NCBI GenBank assembly: GCA_964016885.1
Contig: OZ024751.1
Location: 30,628,001-30,692,000 of the forward strand
Origin: Eledone cirrhosa
Taxonomy: Eukaryota
DNA: 64,000 nucleotides
Direction of reading: 5' to 3'
The translations under genes were made by a program, and so were the position numbers. How positions within the stretch are numbered: the stretch's first letter is position 1; each line of letters starts with the position of its first letter. Below the pieces are notes generated by a model. It was not told where the DNA came from and made no database searches. It saw only the letters and a list, made by a program, of their open reading frames with translations. Below, piece after piece: positions 41,987 to 54,783 of this stretch.

Positions 41987-44900
41987 TTTTCTCTTTCTCT
42001 TAATTTCGAGTATATTTTTTTGACCGGCCACCTTCCTGGTGGCAAGGTTGTAAAAGAAAAGAAATTGTCATCCCTTGAATCGCAAGAATGTTTTGCATAT
42101 TTTGAAGGTGCCAGCTATCGCAGCCATTTGTAGACTATGAATTAGGGAGCTGCGCTTTTTGTCCGCAAATCCAAGTTCGGTCATACTTTGGTCCAAGCGG
42201 GTTGGTATATAACCCGTAGCACCAATAATGATGGGTATGAAGCTAAAGGTGTATCTTGGATACTGGATTTGTAAGCTCCTCATCAATGGTCCGTAGATGT
42301 CCTCCTTCTCCTGTATTTTTCTGACAACGTTTACATCAAGTGGGCAGCTGATCTCCACAACAGAACACGTTTTCAATGTGTGGTCCCAAACTACAATATC
42401 AGGCCGGTTGTGCTTTAATTTGGTGGCAGTTTTTATTTTCAGGTTCCACCAGTATTCCTTAGTGCCATCTGTCTCAATATATTCTTCCTCGTTTGTTGTT
42501 AATTTTGTTTTCCGAAGTGCGTTCCAGATAGTTCTAGCTATCCCATCGTGTCTCATGGGGAGGTAGTAGCGAGATGACATTCTTTCGCAGCTGGCAACAA
42601 TGTGGCTTACATCCTCGATCTTTGTTTTACATAGCCTACATTTATTGTCAGCTGCTGGCCCTCCTCTTTTGTGCAGCAGATATTTGGTAGGGAGTTCTTG
42701 TTCCTGTATTGCATAGAGATATCCCTCAAGGTGTGATGTCATAAACTTGTCGGAACTCCATGCCAGGCTTTTTGAGTGGTTTATCCCCTCTATGGTCTGT
42801 GTTTTACGCCTCAAGTATCCATGCACAACTTTCTCTGTAAATTGGTCAATTTTTTTTTCTTGTTTGAACATTGAATAGGATCTTCCGATTTCTCTGGGTG
42901 AGAGATTTATATCAGGCTTTATTCCATATCTCTCCTCCAGATCAGTCGCTATTCTAATGATATTTCTTTTTTCATGCTCATAAACCTGAGCAAGATGGTC
43001 GCCAACCTTTTTCCTCTGTTGAAGGTGTTGCTTCAGTGTTACTATCCGGGTCTCATATGTTGTTAATATTGATTTTAGACCCCGGCCACCTTCCTTGCGT
43101 GAGAAGTATAGCCTATCCACATCACCATTGATGTTAAAGTTCCCAGTAACACTGAGAAGTTTACGAGTTCTAACATCCATCTCACTTAGTTCTTGCAATG
43201 ACCAGTTCAGTAGGCCAAATGTTGGCGTTATAATTGGCACAGCATAGGTATTGTGGGCAATGTATTTGTTGTATGCTGACAGTTCTGATGACCATATTTT
43301 TTTTACTCTTCTGAGGTATTCAGTTCTGGTTCTCTCCTTATTTATGGGTCCATCATATCTGACATTCTCATCCTGTCCAAGATATCTGTAGTTGTCACCT
43401 GACTGCAGAGGTTGTATTGTCAGGCCGTTCATATCTAGATTTCTAGAGGAGGGCACAGCTCTTCCACGTTTTACTGCCAAATATGCACACTTGGACTCAC
43501 CAAATTTCATTTTGATGTCGGTTGAAAATTGTGTAATGAGGTCCAATTGTTTCTTGATGTCATTGATATTTGGCCCATACAACTTCAGGTCATCAACAAA
43601 GAAAAGATGGGAGATACTTCTGGGCCCACTTCTTTGTCCACCTTGTTTCCTGAGTAGGTAAGATAGTGGATTCAGTGAGAGAACGAAGAGTAGTACTGAC
43701 AAGCTATCACCCTGAAAGATGCCCTTCTGGTAATGTATCCTATCAGTCTTAACCTGCTCCTTCTCACCTCTAAGGATCAAATTGGTGTACCAGTTCTTGG
43801 TCAGGCGTTCAACAGCAGCTACTAATGGTTGTGGGACTTTAGCTAACTGTAAAGCCTTAATAATCCACCCATGAGGTACACTATCAAATGCTTTTTGATA
43901 GTCCAGCCACACGACAGTCATGTTTCTGCGATTCTTTGTTGTTTTTTCCTGAATCATTTTGTTAGTTAGTAGGTGATCTATGCAACCCCACACCTCCCTC
44001 TTTCCACCAGCTTGCTCAGGTGTTATGATGTTGTTGGTAGCACAGTGATCCTGTAAGAACAGGTTAAGGCACCCAGTATATAATTTATACATGATGTTTT
44101 GGCAGGCAATTGGGCGGTAATTTTTAGCAAGGGTGGTTTGGCTATTTTTGGGAATGAGGAGAGTAGTGGCAGTTGATAACCATCTGGGCAGTTCTTGTGT
44201 GCCCTTAATGGTTTCTGTAAACAGCCGTATGAGATCTTGCCGATAGAAAGTGAAATTCTTCAACCAGTATCCTGTAATGAGGTCTGGGCCTGGCGATTTC
44301 CTATTCGACATTTTCTGTAGAGCTGTTTCCAGTATTGACCCATCTATGTCATATTGTTTTGTCTGGACATGTTGGCAGTAGTCCTGTTCCAGTTGTTTTA
44401 GCCAATTAGCTTGTCTGTTGAATCCGTCATCCGTTTCCCATACAGATCTCCAGTAGTTCTCAACCTGTTCTTTTGAAGGGGTGTCGTTTACAGGGATTGA
44501 GCTTTTGCCACCGAAGCTGCGATAAACTGATTTAGGATCTCTGGCAAACAATCTATTTAGCACTTGTCGTTTATGGGCTGTTGACTTATATTTTAGTCTT
44601 TCTGTTGTAGCTGTGAGTTGTTGTTTCAACTGGTGTAATTTGGAGTTCAAAGTTTTAAATTTGGTATCTCCAAATCGTCTCTCTAACTTTTTCTTTAGGT
44701 CTTCCTGGTGTCGTGTGAAGTTTCTCTCTATGTTGCATTTCATAACGACTGCGATGTGTGAGATACTTCGTCTCAGGGACAAAATTTTGGTTTTTAAATT
44801 TCGCATCCACGCTGGTTCAGGCTTTCTGTTTGTATCTTGATTGCGTGGTTTTAGATGTGTGTTATATGATAGCAATGTGACAGCTGAAACATATAACAAA

Positions 44901-46203
44901 ACATTGAGCGTTTCAAATGTCGTTTCTACACCTTTAGATCGTATAGCCTTCAGATAATTGCCAGCTATTTCGTTCACCGCTTCCAATTCCAATTTAGTGG
45001 GTTCTTTACTGACTCTAGTGTTGTATGGTCTGTCACTCACATTAAGGCTGTGTATCTCTTGAAACATATCGTTCCATATCACTTGTAGGGTGCCCACAAG
45101 TTTTTGGTGCTCTGTTTGTTCAGTAGAGTCATGAATTGCAGCCTCGTTGTTGATGTGGTGACAATTACTACTAGAGTCAGCTGACCTTTCTCGCTGTTCT
45201 TCAGTGGAAGTGGGATGGATTTCAGCAAAATTGTTGGTGAGCTGTTCACTGTTAGATTTAGCCGGCCATTCTCTTTGTCTGTCAGTGGAGGTGGGGTGGT
45301 TGTCTACAAGGGCTGTATTTGTAGTATCACTCGATTCCGTTAGATGTATCAATTTACATCTAATGATACGTTTTGCCTGTTCATTTAGATGCTTTGGAGA
45401 AAAGTCTAATTCTGGGTGTTTGGAGTTCCATAAAGTTTTTAGCCTTTGCATAAAACCGAACTTTTGGGGTTCAGATTGTTTGTATGCTTCATATAATTCT
45501 TTGTTAAGCTCGTAGCTCCACTGTATACAACGGTTGTAATTGCGATTTGGTCGAAGGAGACTTGTACTTTTTGCCATGATGAGTTCGTCTATTCACTAAT
45601 ATTTTGTATTTATTTTTTTTAAATAGTCGATGATCTTCTTTAAAAGTTACGACAAAGTTCTGTCAGAATCAAATTTAAAGTTATTCACAGCTTGGGTAAT
45701 ATTTCTTTTCAGTTAGTTTTTAATTCTACAACTGTGTTTTAAACGTTGTTCTTGAATCGTTTGAATCGAGAACAAAAAGAACCGTTACTTAGTATATTCC
45801 TTTACGAATGTAATATAATATAACAACGCTGTATTTATATGTTCTACAACATATTCACAACATTCACAGTTCAAACACTTATATTTTTTGTTTCTGAATC
45901 GAAAACGTTACTTTTATATTTCTTTATAAATGTAATATAACAACGTTGCATTTATATGTTAAAGTGTATGTATCGTTCATATATCATAAGTGTATGTATC
46001 GTTCATATAAATAGGTGTTTTACAACACACTTACAGTTCAAACACTTATGTAGAATTATTGTATGTAATCTTACCGCGTAATGTAGCTCAACTTTTTCCA
46101 ATATATGGTATGTTGCCTTCATGTAAGCCGTAATTACACACGTCCAATTATCGGACACTGACCACACGTCCAATTATCGGACACTGACCACAACGGTCGC
46201 CAT
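41987..46203 (-). mobile_element. Apparently full-length R4/Dong-clade (RLE-type) non-LTR retrotransposon inserted in a (CATA)n microsatellite
   Basis: Single long ORF, ~625 nt 5' UTR and ~80 nt 3' UTR with hairpin GCCACC-AGGAA-GGTGGC. (TATG)n/(CATA)n abuts both ends. Confidence 0.9.
42068..45577 (-). CDS. Retrotransposon polyprotein: R4-type N-terminus, reverse transcriptase, CCHC zinc knuckle, PD-(D/E)xK restriction-like endonuclease
   Basis: Uninterrupted 1169 aa ORF with KSPGPD, NYRPIAC, WLDYQKAFDSVPH, GIFQGDSLS, HLFFVDDLKLY, YRYLG, RLYFSRKEGGRGL, CRLC...HIVASC, RHD, RPDIVV...EISCP...KIQEKEDIY. No APE domain. Confidence 0.96.
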   Translation of the reverse strand: MAKSTSLLRPNRNYNRCIQWSYELNKELYEAYKQSEPQKFGFMQRLKTLWNSKHPELDFSPKHLNEQAKRIIRCKLIHLTESSDTTNTALVDNHPTSTDRQREWPAKSNSEQLTNNFAEIHPTSTEEQRERSADSSSNCHHINNEAAIHDSTEQTEHQKLVGTLQVIWNDMFQEIHSLNVSDRPYNTRVSKEPTKLELEAVNEIAGNYLKAIRSKGVETTFETLNVLLYVSAVTLLSYNTHLKPRNQDTNRKPEPAWMRNLKTKILSLRRSISHIAVVMKCNIERNFTRHQEDLKKKLERRFGDTKFKTLNSKLHQLKQQLTATTERLKYKSTAHKRQVLNRLFARDPKSVYRSFGGKSSIPVNDTPSKEQVENYWRSVWETDDGFNRQANWLKQLEQDYCQHVQTKQYDIDGSILETALQKMSNRKSPGPDLITGYWLKNFTFYRQDLIRLFTETIKGTQELPRWLSTATTLLIPKNSQTTLAKNYRPIACQNIMYKLYTGCLNLFLQDHCATNNIITPEQAGGKREVWGCIDHLLTNKMIQEKTTKNRRNMTVVWLDYQKAFDSVPHGWIIKALQLAKVPQPLVAAVERLTKNWYTNLILRGEKEQVKTDRIHYQKGIFQGDSLSVLLFVLSLNPLSYLLRKQGGQRSGPRSISHLFFVDDLKLYGPNINDIKKQLDLITQFSTDIKMKFGESKCAYLAVKRGRAVPSSRNLDMNGLTIQPLQSGDNYRYLGQDENVRYDGPINKERTRTEYLRRVKKIWSSELSAYNKYIAHNTYAVPIITPTFGLLNWSLQELSEMDVRTRKLLSVTGNFNINGDVDRLYFSRKEGGRGLKSILTTYETRIVTLKQHLQQRKKVGDHLAQVYEHEKRNIIRIATDLEERYGIKPDINLSPREIGRSYSMFKQEKKIDQFTEKVVHGYLRRKTQTIEGINHSKSLAWSSDKFMTSHLEGYLYAIQEQELPTKYLLHKRGGPAADNKCRLCKTKIEDVSHIVASCERMSSRYYLPMRHDGIARTIWNALRKTKLTTNEEEYIETDGTKEYWWNLKIKTATKLKHNRPDIVVWDHTLKTCSVVEISCPLDVNVVRKIQEKEDIYGPLMRSLQIQYPRYTFSFIPIIIGATGYIPTRLDQSMTELGFADKKRSSLIHSLQMAAIAGTFKICKTFLRFKG

Positions 46204-46659
46204 TGTATGTATGTATGTATGTATGTATGTATGTATGTATGTATGTATGTATGTATGTATGTATGTATGTATGTATGTATGCATGTGTGTATGTGTGTAT
46301 GTGTGTATGTATGTATGTATGTATATATGTGTGTGTATGTGTGTATGTGTGTATGTATGTATGTATGTATGTGTGTATGTATGTATGTGTGTATGTATGT
46401 ATGTATGCATGTGTGTATGTGTGTATGTATGTATGTATGTGTGTGTGAAAGATTGTCCTTTTTGTTTTTCTAGCCGTGTGTCTATCTTGGTAGGAGTGTT
46501 GTATTAAGAGATGCAGAATTAGTGACGGGTTTATGGCGGAGCTGGTTCCGGATGACGACGTTACAGCGGACCACAGCCGTCAGCTGGGGTTGCTGGCTGT
46601 CTTGTATATGGCCGTTGTCGATGGTTTATGATGCTTGGGAGCTGGTGGGGATAGGGGGG

Positions 46660-47341
46660 GGGGGTAGATGGAGGTGGACGTGGAGGAAGGGGGGAGGTTG
46701 AGGAGGAGGTGGACGTGGTGGAAGAGAAGGAAGAGCAGTAGGAGGAAAATGAGGAGGAGGAGGAAGAAGAAGATGGGGAAGGGGGGGAAGAAGAAGAAGA
46801 AGAAAAAGAAGAGGCGAAAAAGGAGGAGGAGGAGGAGGAGGAAGAAGAGAAGAAGATAAGGAGGAGGAGGAGGAGGAGGAAGAAGAAGATGGGGAAGGGG
46901 GGGGAAGAAGAAGAAGAAGAAAAAGAAGAGGCGAAAAGGAGGAGGAGGAGGAAGAAGAGAAGAAGATAAGGAGGAGGAGGAGGAGGAGGAGGAGGTGAAG
47001 GGGAGAGAAGAAGAGGTGGTGGAGGAGGAGGAGGAGGAGGAGGAGGAGGAGGAGGAGGAGGAGGAGGAGGAGGAGGAGAGGAGGTGGAAGAGGAGGAGGA
47101 GGAGGAGGTGAAGGGGAGAGAAGAAGAGGAGGTGGAGGAGGAGGAGGAGGAGGAGGAGGAGGAGGAGGAGGAGAAGAGGAGGTGGAAGAGGAGGAGGAGG
47201 AGGAGGAGGAGGTGAAGGGGAGAGAAGAAGAGGAGGTGGAAGAGGTGGTGGAGGAGGAGGGGAGAGAAGAAGAGGAGGTGGAAGAGGTGGAGGAGGAGGA
47301 GGAGGAGGAGGAGGAGGAGGAGGAGGAGGAGGAGGAGGAGG
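46660..47341. repeat. (GGA/GAA)n polypurine tract
   Basis: Direct inspection. Confidence 0.95.
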
Positions 47342-47438
47342 TAGCTACATTGTGATATGATTCCCTGAGTCAACGTGAACCAACCTAAACACATCTGGAT
47401 CAACAAGACCAATGACAACAGTTCTATTGACATCGTTA

Positions 47439-47642
47439 GGGCGGTGGAGAGTCGGACGCCATGCTTTGTAGCATGGTGTTACGGCCCTTTATGATCTGAG
47501 TTCAAAACCCGCCGAGGTTAGCTTTGCCTTTCATCCCTACGGGGTCGATAAAATAAAGTACCAGTCACGCACTGGGGTCAATTTCATCGGTTTTTCTCTC
47601 CCCTAAATTGCTGGCCTTGTGCCTAAATAAGAAACCATTATT
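47439..47642 (+). mobile_element. SINE family A
   Basis: Near-complete consensus. Further copies at ~14568-14640, 33396-33540, 48996-49141 (-) and 59478-59585 (-). Confidence 0.8.
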
Positions 47643-48953
47643 GACATCGTTGGCTGTTGTTGTTGTTTGTCATGTTTTACTACTGTTTGTTGTTGTTGTT
47701 GATAATGTTACTAGGTGGTGGTGGTAGTGGTGGTGGTGGTGGTGGTGGTGGGGAGGGTTATTGTTGTTGCTGTTGTTGTTGCTGTTGTTGCTGTAGTTAT
47801 TGCAGTAGCTGTTGTAGTTGTTGTAGTTGTAGTCGTAGTAGTTGTAGTCGTAGTAGTTGTAGTTATTGTAGTTGTTGTAGTTGTTGTAGCTGTTGTTGTA
47901 GTTGTAAGTTGTTGTAGTTGTAGTTGTTGTAGTTGTTGTTGTATTTGCTAAACGCCGTCTTCGGATATTTGTGTCGTAAATAATTATTTGCTTCCTAATT
48001 ATATTGCCGGCCATGGAATAGTTTTTTTTACGAGTGATTTCCCATAAAAGCTAATTACCAACAATGTAATACTCTAAATAAGCAAGAGGCTGATCCCTTT
48101 GAACTCTCATGCTTCGTTTGCCTTCAGTCTCACGTTGTTTGCTGCTGCACTTACAGAACATAAACTCCGAGGCAGGTGCTTCAGTTGGAATGTGACTGAA
48201 TTCATCTTCTGTGATAAGCCGAGAGAAGCAGGGTCTAAAACGTCCGTGGGGAGCGGCTGAGGCATCACTCAGACTGGGGTGTGATGTCTGTCCCTTACCC
48301 TCTCTCTTTATTTCGTTGCTTGATTTTTTTCTTCTTTTCATTGCCTTGTTTTGTTTTGTTTTTTCTTTCTTTTTTTGTTCCCTTTAATAGTGTGTTTTGT
48401 TTTTGTAGAACCGACCTCGTAAAGTTACTAAGTATTAACTATTATAATTAATATATATTGAGAAGGCGCGTGGCTTAGTGGTTAGGAAGGGGTTGGTGGG
48501 TTCTGCTCGTGAACGCAAGGTCATAAGTCCCATTCTCCACGGCGTGTTGTCTCAATTAAACAAGACATTTTATTTCGCATTGTTATAGGGGGTACGCGTG
48601 TTTGTGGAATGCTCAGTCACTTGTAAGTTAATTTCACAAGCAGGCTGTTCTGTTGGTCAGACAACTGAAACACTGAACGCTGTAGCCGACTGAGGCCCAA
48701 CAACAACGTAATACAGGGTGTTTCAAAAACAATCATCTGATTTTATTCACAATTTTTACAAATGCTGAATATGTAAATTTATAACTTTATAAAAATGTAT
48801 GTAAGATATAAAAAACGAATAAAACTTTATATTCAAACATGTATTGTACAAGTTACTGCATGGTTATAGGGTCATTTGTTTTGAAATATAGCTTGATATT
48901 CATTTCAACAAACTTTCCAGTTAACTAACATCAATGACTGAGACTCAAAGAAC

Positions 48954-48996
<43 letters not shown>

Positions 48997-49529
48997 GTTT
49001 CTGATTTAGGCACAAGGCCAGAAAATTGGGGGGGGGGGAAGTCGATTAAATCCACCCCAGTGCGTGACTGGTACTTTATACTATCGACCTCGGAAGGATG
49101 AAAGGCAAAGTTCACCTCGACCTCGTTGGGGATCCGAACTCAGAAGGTAAGAAGGTAAGAAGGTAAGAAGGTAAGAAGGTAGGAAGGTAAGAAGGTAAGA
49201 AGGTAAGAAGGTAAGAAGGTAAGAAGGTAAGAAGAATACATGAGATGGTGTAAGATACATATCTGTAGCATCTGTTGACAAATTATTAAATTGTAATCTC
49301 ATGTTTTTGCATAACAAAGTAATATGTTTTAAAGTGTTAAGTGATGGCAGAGGGCGTGTCTTTTCAAACATACTTGTCACTGCAAACCATTTTTGACAAT
49401 ATATATATATATATGTATATATGTGTGTGTGCGTGTGTGTGTGTGTGTGTGTGTATTCATATATATATATTCATATATATATATATATTTATATATATTC
49501 ATATATATATATTCATATATATATATATT

Positions 49530-49571
<42 letters not shown>

Positions 49572-49633
49572 TATTTATATATATATTCATATATATATTC
49601 ATATATATATATATTCACACACATATATATATA

Positions 49634-49694
<61 letters not shown>

Positions 49695-49695
49695 A

Positions 49696-49737
<42 letters not shown>

Positions 49738-49765
49738 TATATATATATTCATAGATATATATATT

Positions 49766-49865
<100 letters not shown>

Positions 49866-50100
49866 TATATATTCATATATGTGCGTGTGTGTACGTATAC
49901 ACCGAAAACACGAGGAATTCCAATGGCCGACCGCTGAAAAGGGACTGAACTGTGTTTCGTCCATTTTTTTTCAGTTGCCTTTTTTTTATTTTATTTTGTA
50001 TGATTTTAGCCACATGGGACACTTCTTCAAATTAATATATGTATATGTATATGTATAGAGAGAGAGAGAGATAGAGAGATATAGATATATATAGAAATAG

Positions 50101-50136
<36 letters not shown>

Positions 50137-50260
50137 AACACTGGCATGCAGGGATACACCCTCGTCTAGATATTTATAGATGTTGACAGATGGTATAATA
50201 TCATATCATGTGTGTATTATATATATATTTATAGATATATATATTGTTTGATGTGATTAC

Positions 50261-50317
<57 letters not shown>

Positions 50318-50388
50318 GGGGAGAGAGAGAGAGAAAGAGAGAGGGGGGGTGATTCAGTGAATTACTTCTGTTAATATATATACTGATT

Positions 50389-50580
50389 AGGGCGGTGGAT
50401 TGGCAGTATCGGTAGAGAGTCGGACACCATGCTTTGAAGCATAGAGTTACGTCCCTTTACGATCTGAGTTCAAATCCTGCCGAGGTTAACTTTGCTTTTC
50501 ATCCTTACGGGGTCGATAAAATAAAGTACCAGTAATGTACTGGGTAATTGCTGGCCTTGTGCCTAACGTAGAAACAGTTA
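50389..50580 (+). mobile_element. SINE family A
   Basis: gggcggtggattggcagtatcggtagag (A-box region)...gagttcaaatcc...ggggtcgataaaataaagtaccagt. Confidence 0.8.
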
Positions 50581-50932
50581 ATATATATACTGATACCCAC
50601 ATTTTTCAGTTCGGTGGGTTTATAGAAGAGTTCACAGCTTACCATCATTCCTTTATAGTCAGCTTATGAACCTTTATGGCGAGCCTCGTATAAGAATGCA
50701 TAATGTTCTTTAAGACGTGTGACTTGTATCGTTATGTGTATGGTTGAGTGTGTGTTGAACTTGGTAGATCTCTCAAATATGACGTTTACTAACCACCTTT
50801 TCATGTTAACCAAACACTTCTAAAGATGAGTAACGACTGAACACTGAATTGGTTAACAAATCCTCATTTAACGAAACATATTTTATTGACGCTTTGAACA
50901 TTCATTAAATAAATATATACATATACATGTGA

Positions 50933-50987
<55 letters not shown>

Positions 50988-50988
50988 T

Positions 50989-51033
<45 letters not shown>

Positions 51034-51232
51034 CAACGAAGAAAGTGAGGTAAGGAACCAGGTGGACTATAACGCACCTGAGTACTCGATACTTAGCGTA
51101 GTAGAGTGGGTAATAGGAAAAGAGTCAGGACCCCGACGTTTGAGCTAGGTGGAAACGGCCGGAGCTCAGCCGTCGTTATTAAAAAAATTACGGGAAAAAA
51201 ATATTTTTCTTCCTAATAATCGTTTTTTTTCT

Positions 51233-51292
<60 letters not shown>

Positions 51293-51708
51293 TCTCAGCA
51301 CACAAACATACAACGCATACGTGCATATATATATGTGTGTGTGTGTGTGTAGTACATTAAAATGCCCAATGCACGCTGGTAGCAAACAGCATACAGTCTG
51401 CTCTATCTCCTCCCTCCCTCCCTCCTTAACATCTTCTAAGAATTGTTAATATTTATCTAGACACCTGTTTAGAAACAACGTATGGAATTAATGATATACT
51501 TACTCACACAAACACATACACACACACAGATACAAACACACACATGCACACACTCTCTCACAAACATACATACATGCAAACACACAGGCTATCTATTTAT
51601 CTAATCCCTTTTCTCTCCATCTCTATGCATATATGTGTGTGTGTGTCTGTGCGTATACACATATATATATATATGTATGTGTGTATATATATATATATTC
51701 ACATACGC

Positions 51709-51741
<33 letters not shown>

Positions 51742-51875
51742 GAGAGAGAGGGGGGGGGGGAATGAGATATGGAGAGAATGTACACTATATCTTATATACA
51801 TACATTTGCACAGTGTTTATAAAAGCTATATATTCACTGAATATACTGTGTATGTAACGTATAACTGCATGTGTG

Positions 51876-52116
<241 letters not shown>

Positions 52117-52181
52117 ATATATATATATATATATATTTATTTATTTATTTATATTATATATTTGTATATATATATATAGAG

Positions 52182-52215
<34 letters not shown>

Positions 52216-52357
52216 TGTGAGAGAGAGAGAGATACATACATTACAAATATACATAAATTACGTGCATACATACACACATACATACATACATAAATTGCAC
52301 ACATTACATATATACATACATTCCTCCATACACACTTACATATCATTGGCATATTAG

Positions 52358-52886
52358 TCCGCCGTCTCCCCCGCCGTCTCCCCCGCCATCACCCCCGCCG
52401 TCACCCCCGCCGTCTCCCCCACCGTCTCCCCCACCGTCTCCCCCCGCCGTCTCCCCCACCGTCTCCCCCACCGTCTCCCCCGCCGTCTCCCCCACCGTCC
52501 TCCCCCACCGTCACCCCCACCGTCTCCCCCGCCGTCTCCCCCGCCGTCACCCACCGCCGTCACCCTCCACCGTCACCCCCGCCGTCTCCCCCGCCATCAC
52601 CCCCGCCATCACCCCCGCCGTCACCCCCGCCGTCTCCCCACCCGTCTCCCCCACCGTCTCCCCCACCGTCTCCCCCCGCCGTCTCCCCCACCGTCTCCCC
52701 CACCGTCTCCCCCACCGTCTCCCCCCGCCGTCTCCCCCACCGTCTCCCCCACCGTCTCCCCCACCGTCTCCCCCACCGTCTCCCCCACCGTCACCCCCAC
52801 CGTCTCCCCCGCCGTCTCCCCCACCGTCTCCCCCCGCCGTCTCCCCCACCGTCTCCCCCACCGTCTCCCCCACCGTCTCCCCCACC
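52358..52886. repeat. GC-rich 12-bp minisatellite (CCGTCTCCCCCA)n
   Basis: Direct inspection. Confidence 0.95.
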
Positions 52887-53040
52887 AAGCTGTGCCTCAC
52901 TCGAGAGCCAATGTTTTCTTTCCTTAAAGACAAACACAAATCGTTACTCTGAGAAACTCTATACCAGATAACATTGAGGCACATCTGGTTTGACTAAAGT
53001 AGTAGATGTACGCCTAGCTATGTGACGTGTGTGGCTATAT

Positions 53041-53165
<125 letters not shown>

Positions 53166-53187
53166 CAAATTCAGAAACGAAATATAA

Positions 53188-53233
<46 letters not shown>

Positions 53234-53238
<5 letters not shown>

Positions 53239-53424
53239 AACGAGTAGGACCCCGACGGCTGAGCTCAAGCCGTTTCGACGGCTAATTCTGCTAGAATTAG
53301 CCGTCGAAACGGCTTGAACTCAGCCGTCGGGGTCTTACTCGTTCCTATTACCCACTCTACTACCCTAAGTATTGAGTACTTTGGTGCGTTATGGTCCACC
53401 TGGTTCCTTACCACATTTCCTTCG

Positions 53425-53426
<2 letters not shown>
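53234..53426 (+). mobile_element. Third palindromic TA-embedded element (56-bp arms)
   Basis: Palindrome centred at 53291, same tail. Confidence 0.8.
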
Positions 53427-53461
<35 letters not shown>

Positions 53462-53505
53462 TATATATATATATTTGTACACATATATATGTATATATAT
53501 ATATA

Positions 53506-53586
<81 letters not shown>

Positions 53587-53595
53587 ATATACATG

Positions 53596-53627
<32 letters not shown>

Positions 53628-54783
53628 CGTCTGTGTATGTATACATATATATCTATGTGTATGTAGGTGGACACGTGTGTACCTGTACATATGTTTCTCT
53701 ATATTGTACTCTACGTGTGGTTATGTGTTCTAAGGACTTTGTGTTGTACAATGTGTCATTGTGTTGGCTTATGTAAAGTCGTTTCTTCTCTCTCTATCAT
53801 GAATTTAATGTGTATTGCGTTTGTATGATGTTTGGCGTGTAATGTAATGTCATTGTATGTTGTGTTTAGTGTGTAATGTATAGTGTGAACGGAGTTCCTG
53901 TGTATTTCTGTGTGTGTAGATAATAACAAATATGTGTATCTTTGTACTTTGTATGTGTATGCTTTATAGTGTGTGTAGTTTCGTTATGGGCCTTCTGAGG
54001 CGTGTAGTAAAATGTGTTTAGTATATTTGTTATACAGTGTTTGTAGTTTGGTTATGACCCGCCTGTGGTGTGTAGTAAAACATGTATTTAGTATATCTGT
54101 TATAGAATGTGTGTAGTTTGGTTAAGGCCTTCTGTAGTAAAATATGTTTGGTGTATATGTTAACTGTAATTTGAATATGTCTACTCTGTATGTTTTTTGA
54201 GAGTTGAAACACGTCGATAAACTACGGTTATCTACACAATTAGCAAAGGGAAACGCCCTCTGTGGGTTTTGGAAACCTTAAAATAATTTGCAATCGAGAT
54301 AACTCTGATGAGAAAAGTTGATCGAAATTTTTTGGTCAACATAGACAAGTCTTCAGTTCGTTATTCTAGCTTTTCAAGATCTCATATTTTAAGTCGGTAT
54401 AAGCCCTTACTTTCGCTTTTCTTCGTTCAATTCTGGTGTGAAAAGGACACGCTACATCTATGCGAGTACAGTTTCTTTCCTTCGTCTCAATTACAAGCAT
54501 ATCTAGTCTATTGTGTCCAATCTTCATCTAGGTCTGAAGTAGCAAGTCCCATAAGAGCTTTATCTTCTCATTCTCTAACACTCTCATCTTATTTGTGACA
54601 CCATTCTCATAGCTTTTTTCCACAAATGGAAATTCATACTTTTTACACAAGTTTCAGTGCAACATGGTAGCCACCTTATTGTGTCTGCTTTTTTATAATT
54701 ATTCTGGGCTAACTGAAACGATATGAGCAAATGTCTCTGGTTTCTCCCCACAAATTCTGCATTTAGATTGAACATCTTTCTTG

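Noticed and set aside
42297-45515. Short plus-strand ORFs within the LINE
   Set aside because: Antisense shadows of the RT ORF with no motifs.
46561-47433. 290 aa Leu/Ser/Pro ORF with a signal-peptide-like start
   Set aside because: Complement of the (GGA/GAA)n tract; low complexity.
48713-48910. Tc1/mariner-like end TACAGGGTGTTTCAAAA
   Set aside because: Only one convincing TIR; the partner end is too decayed to call.
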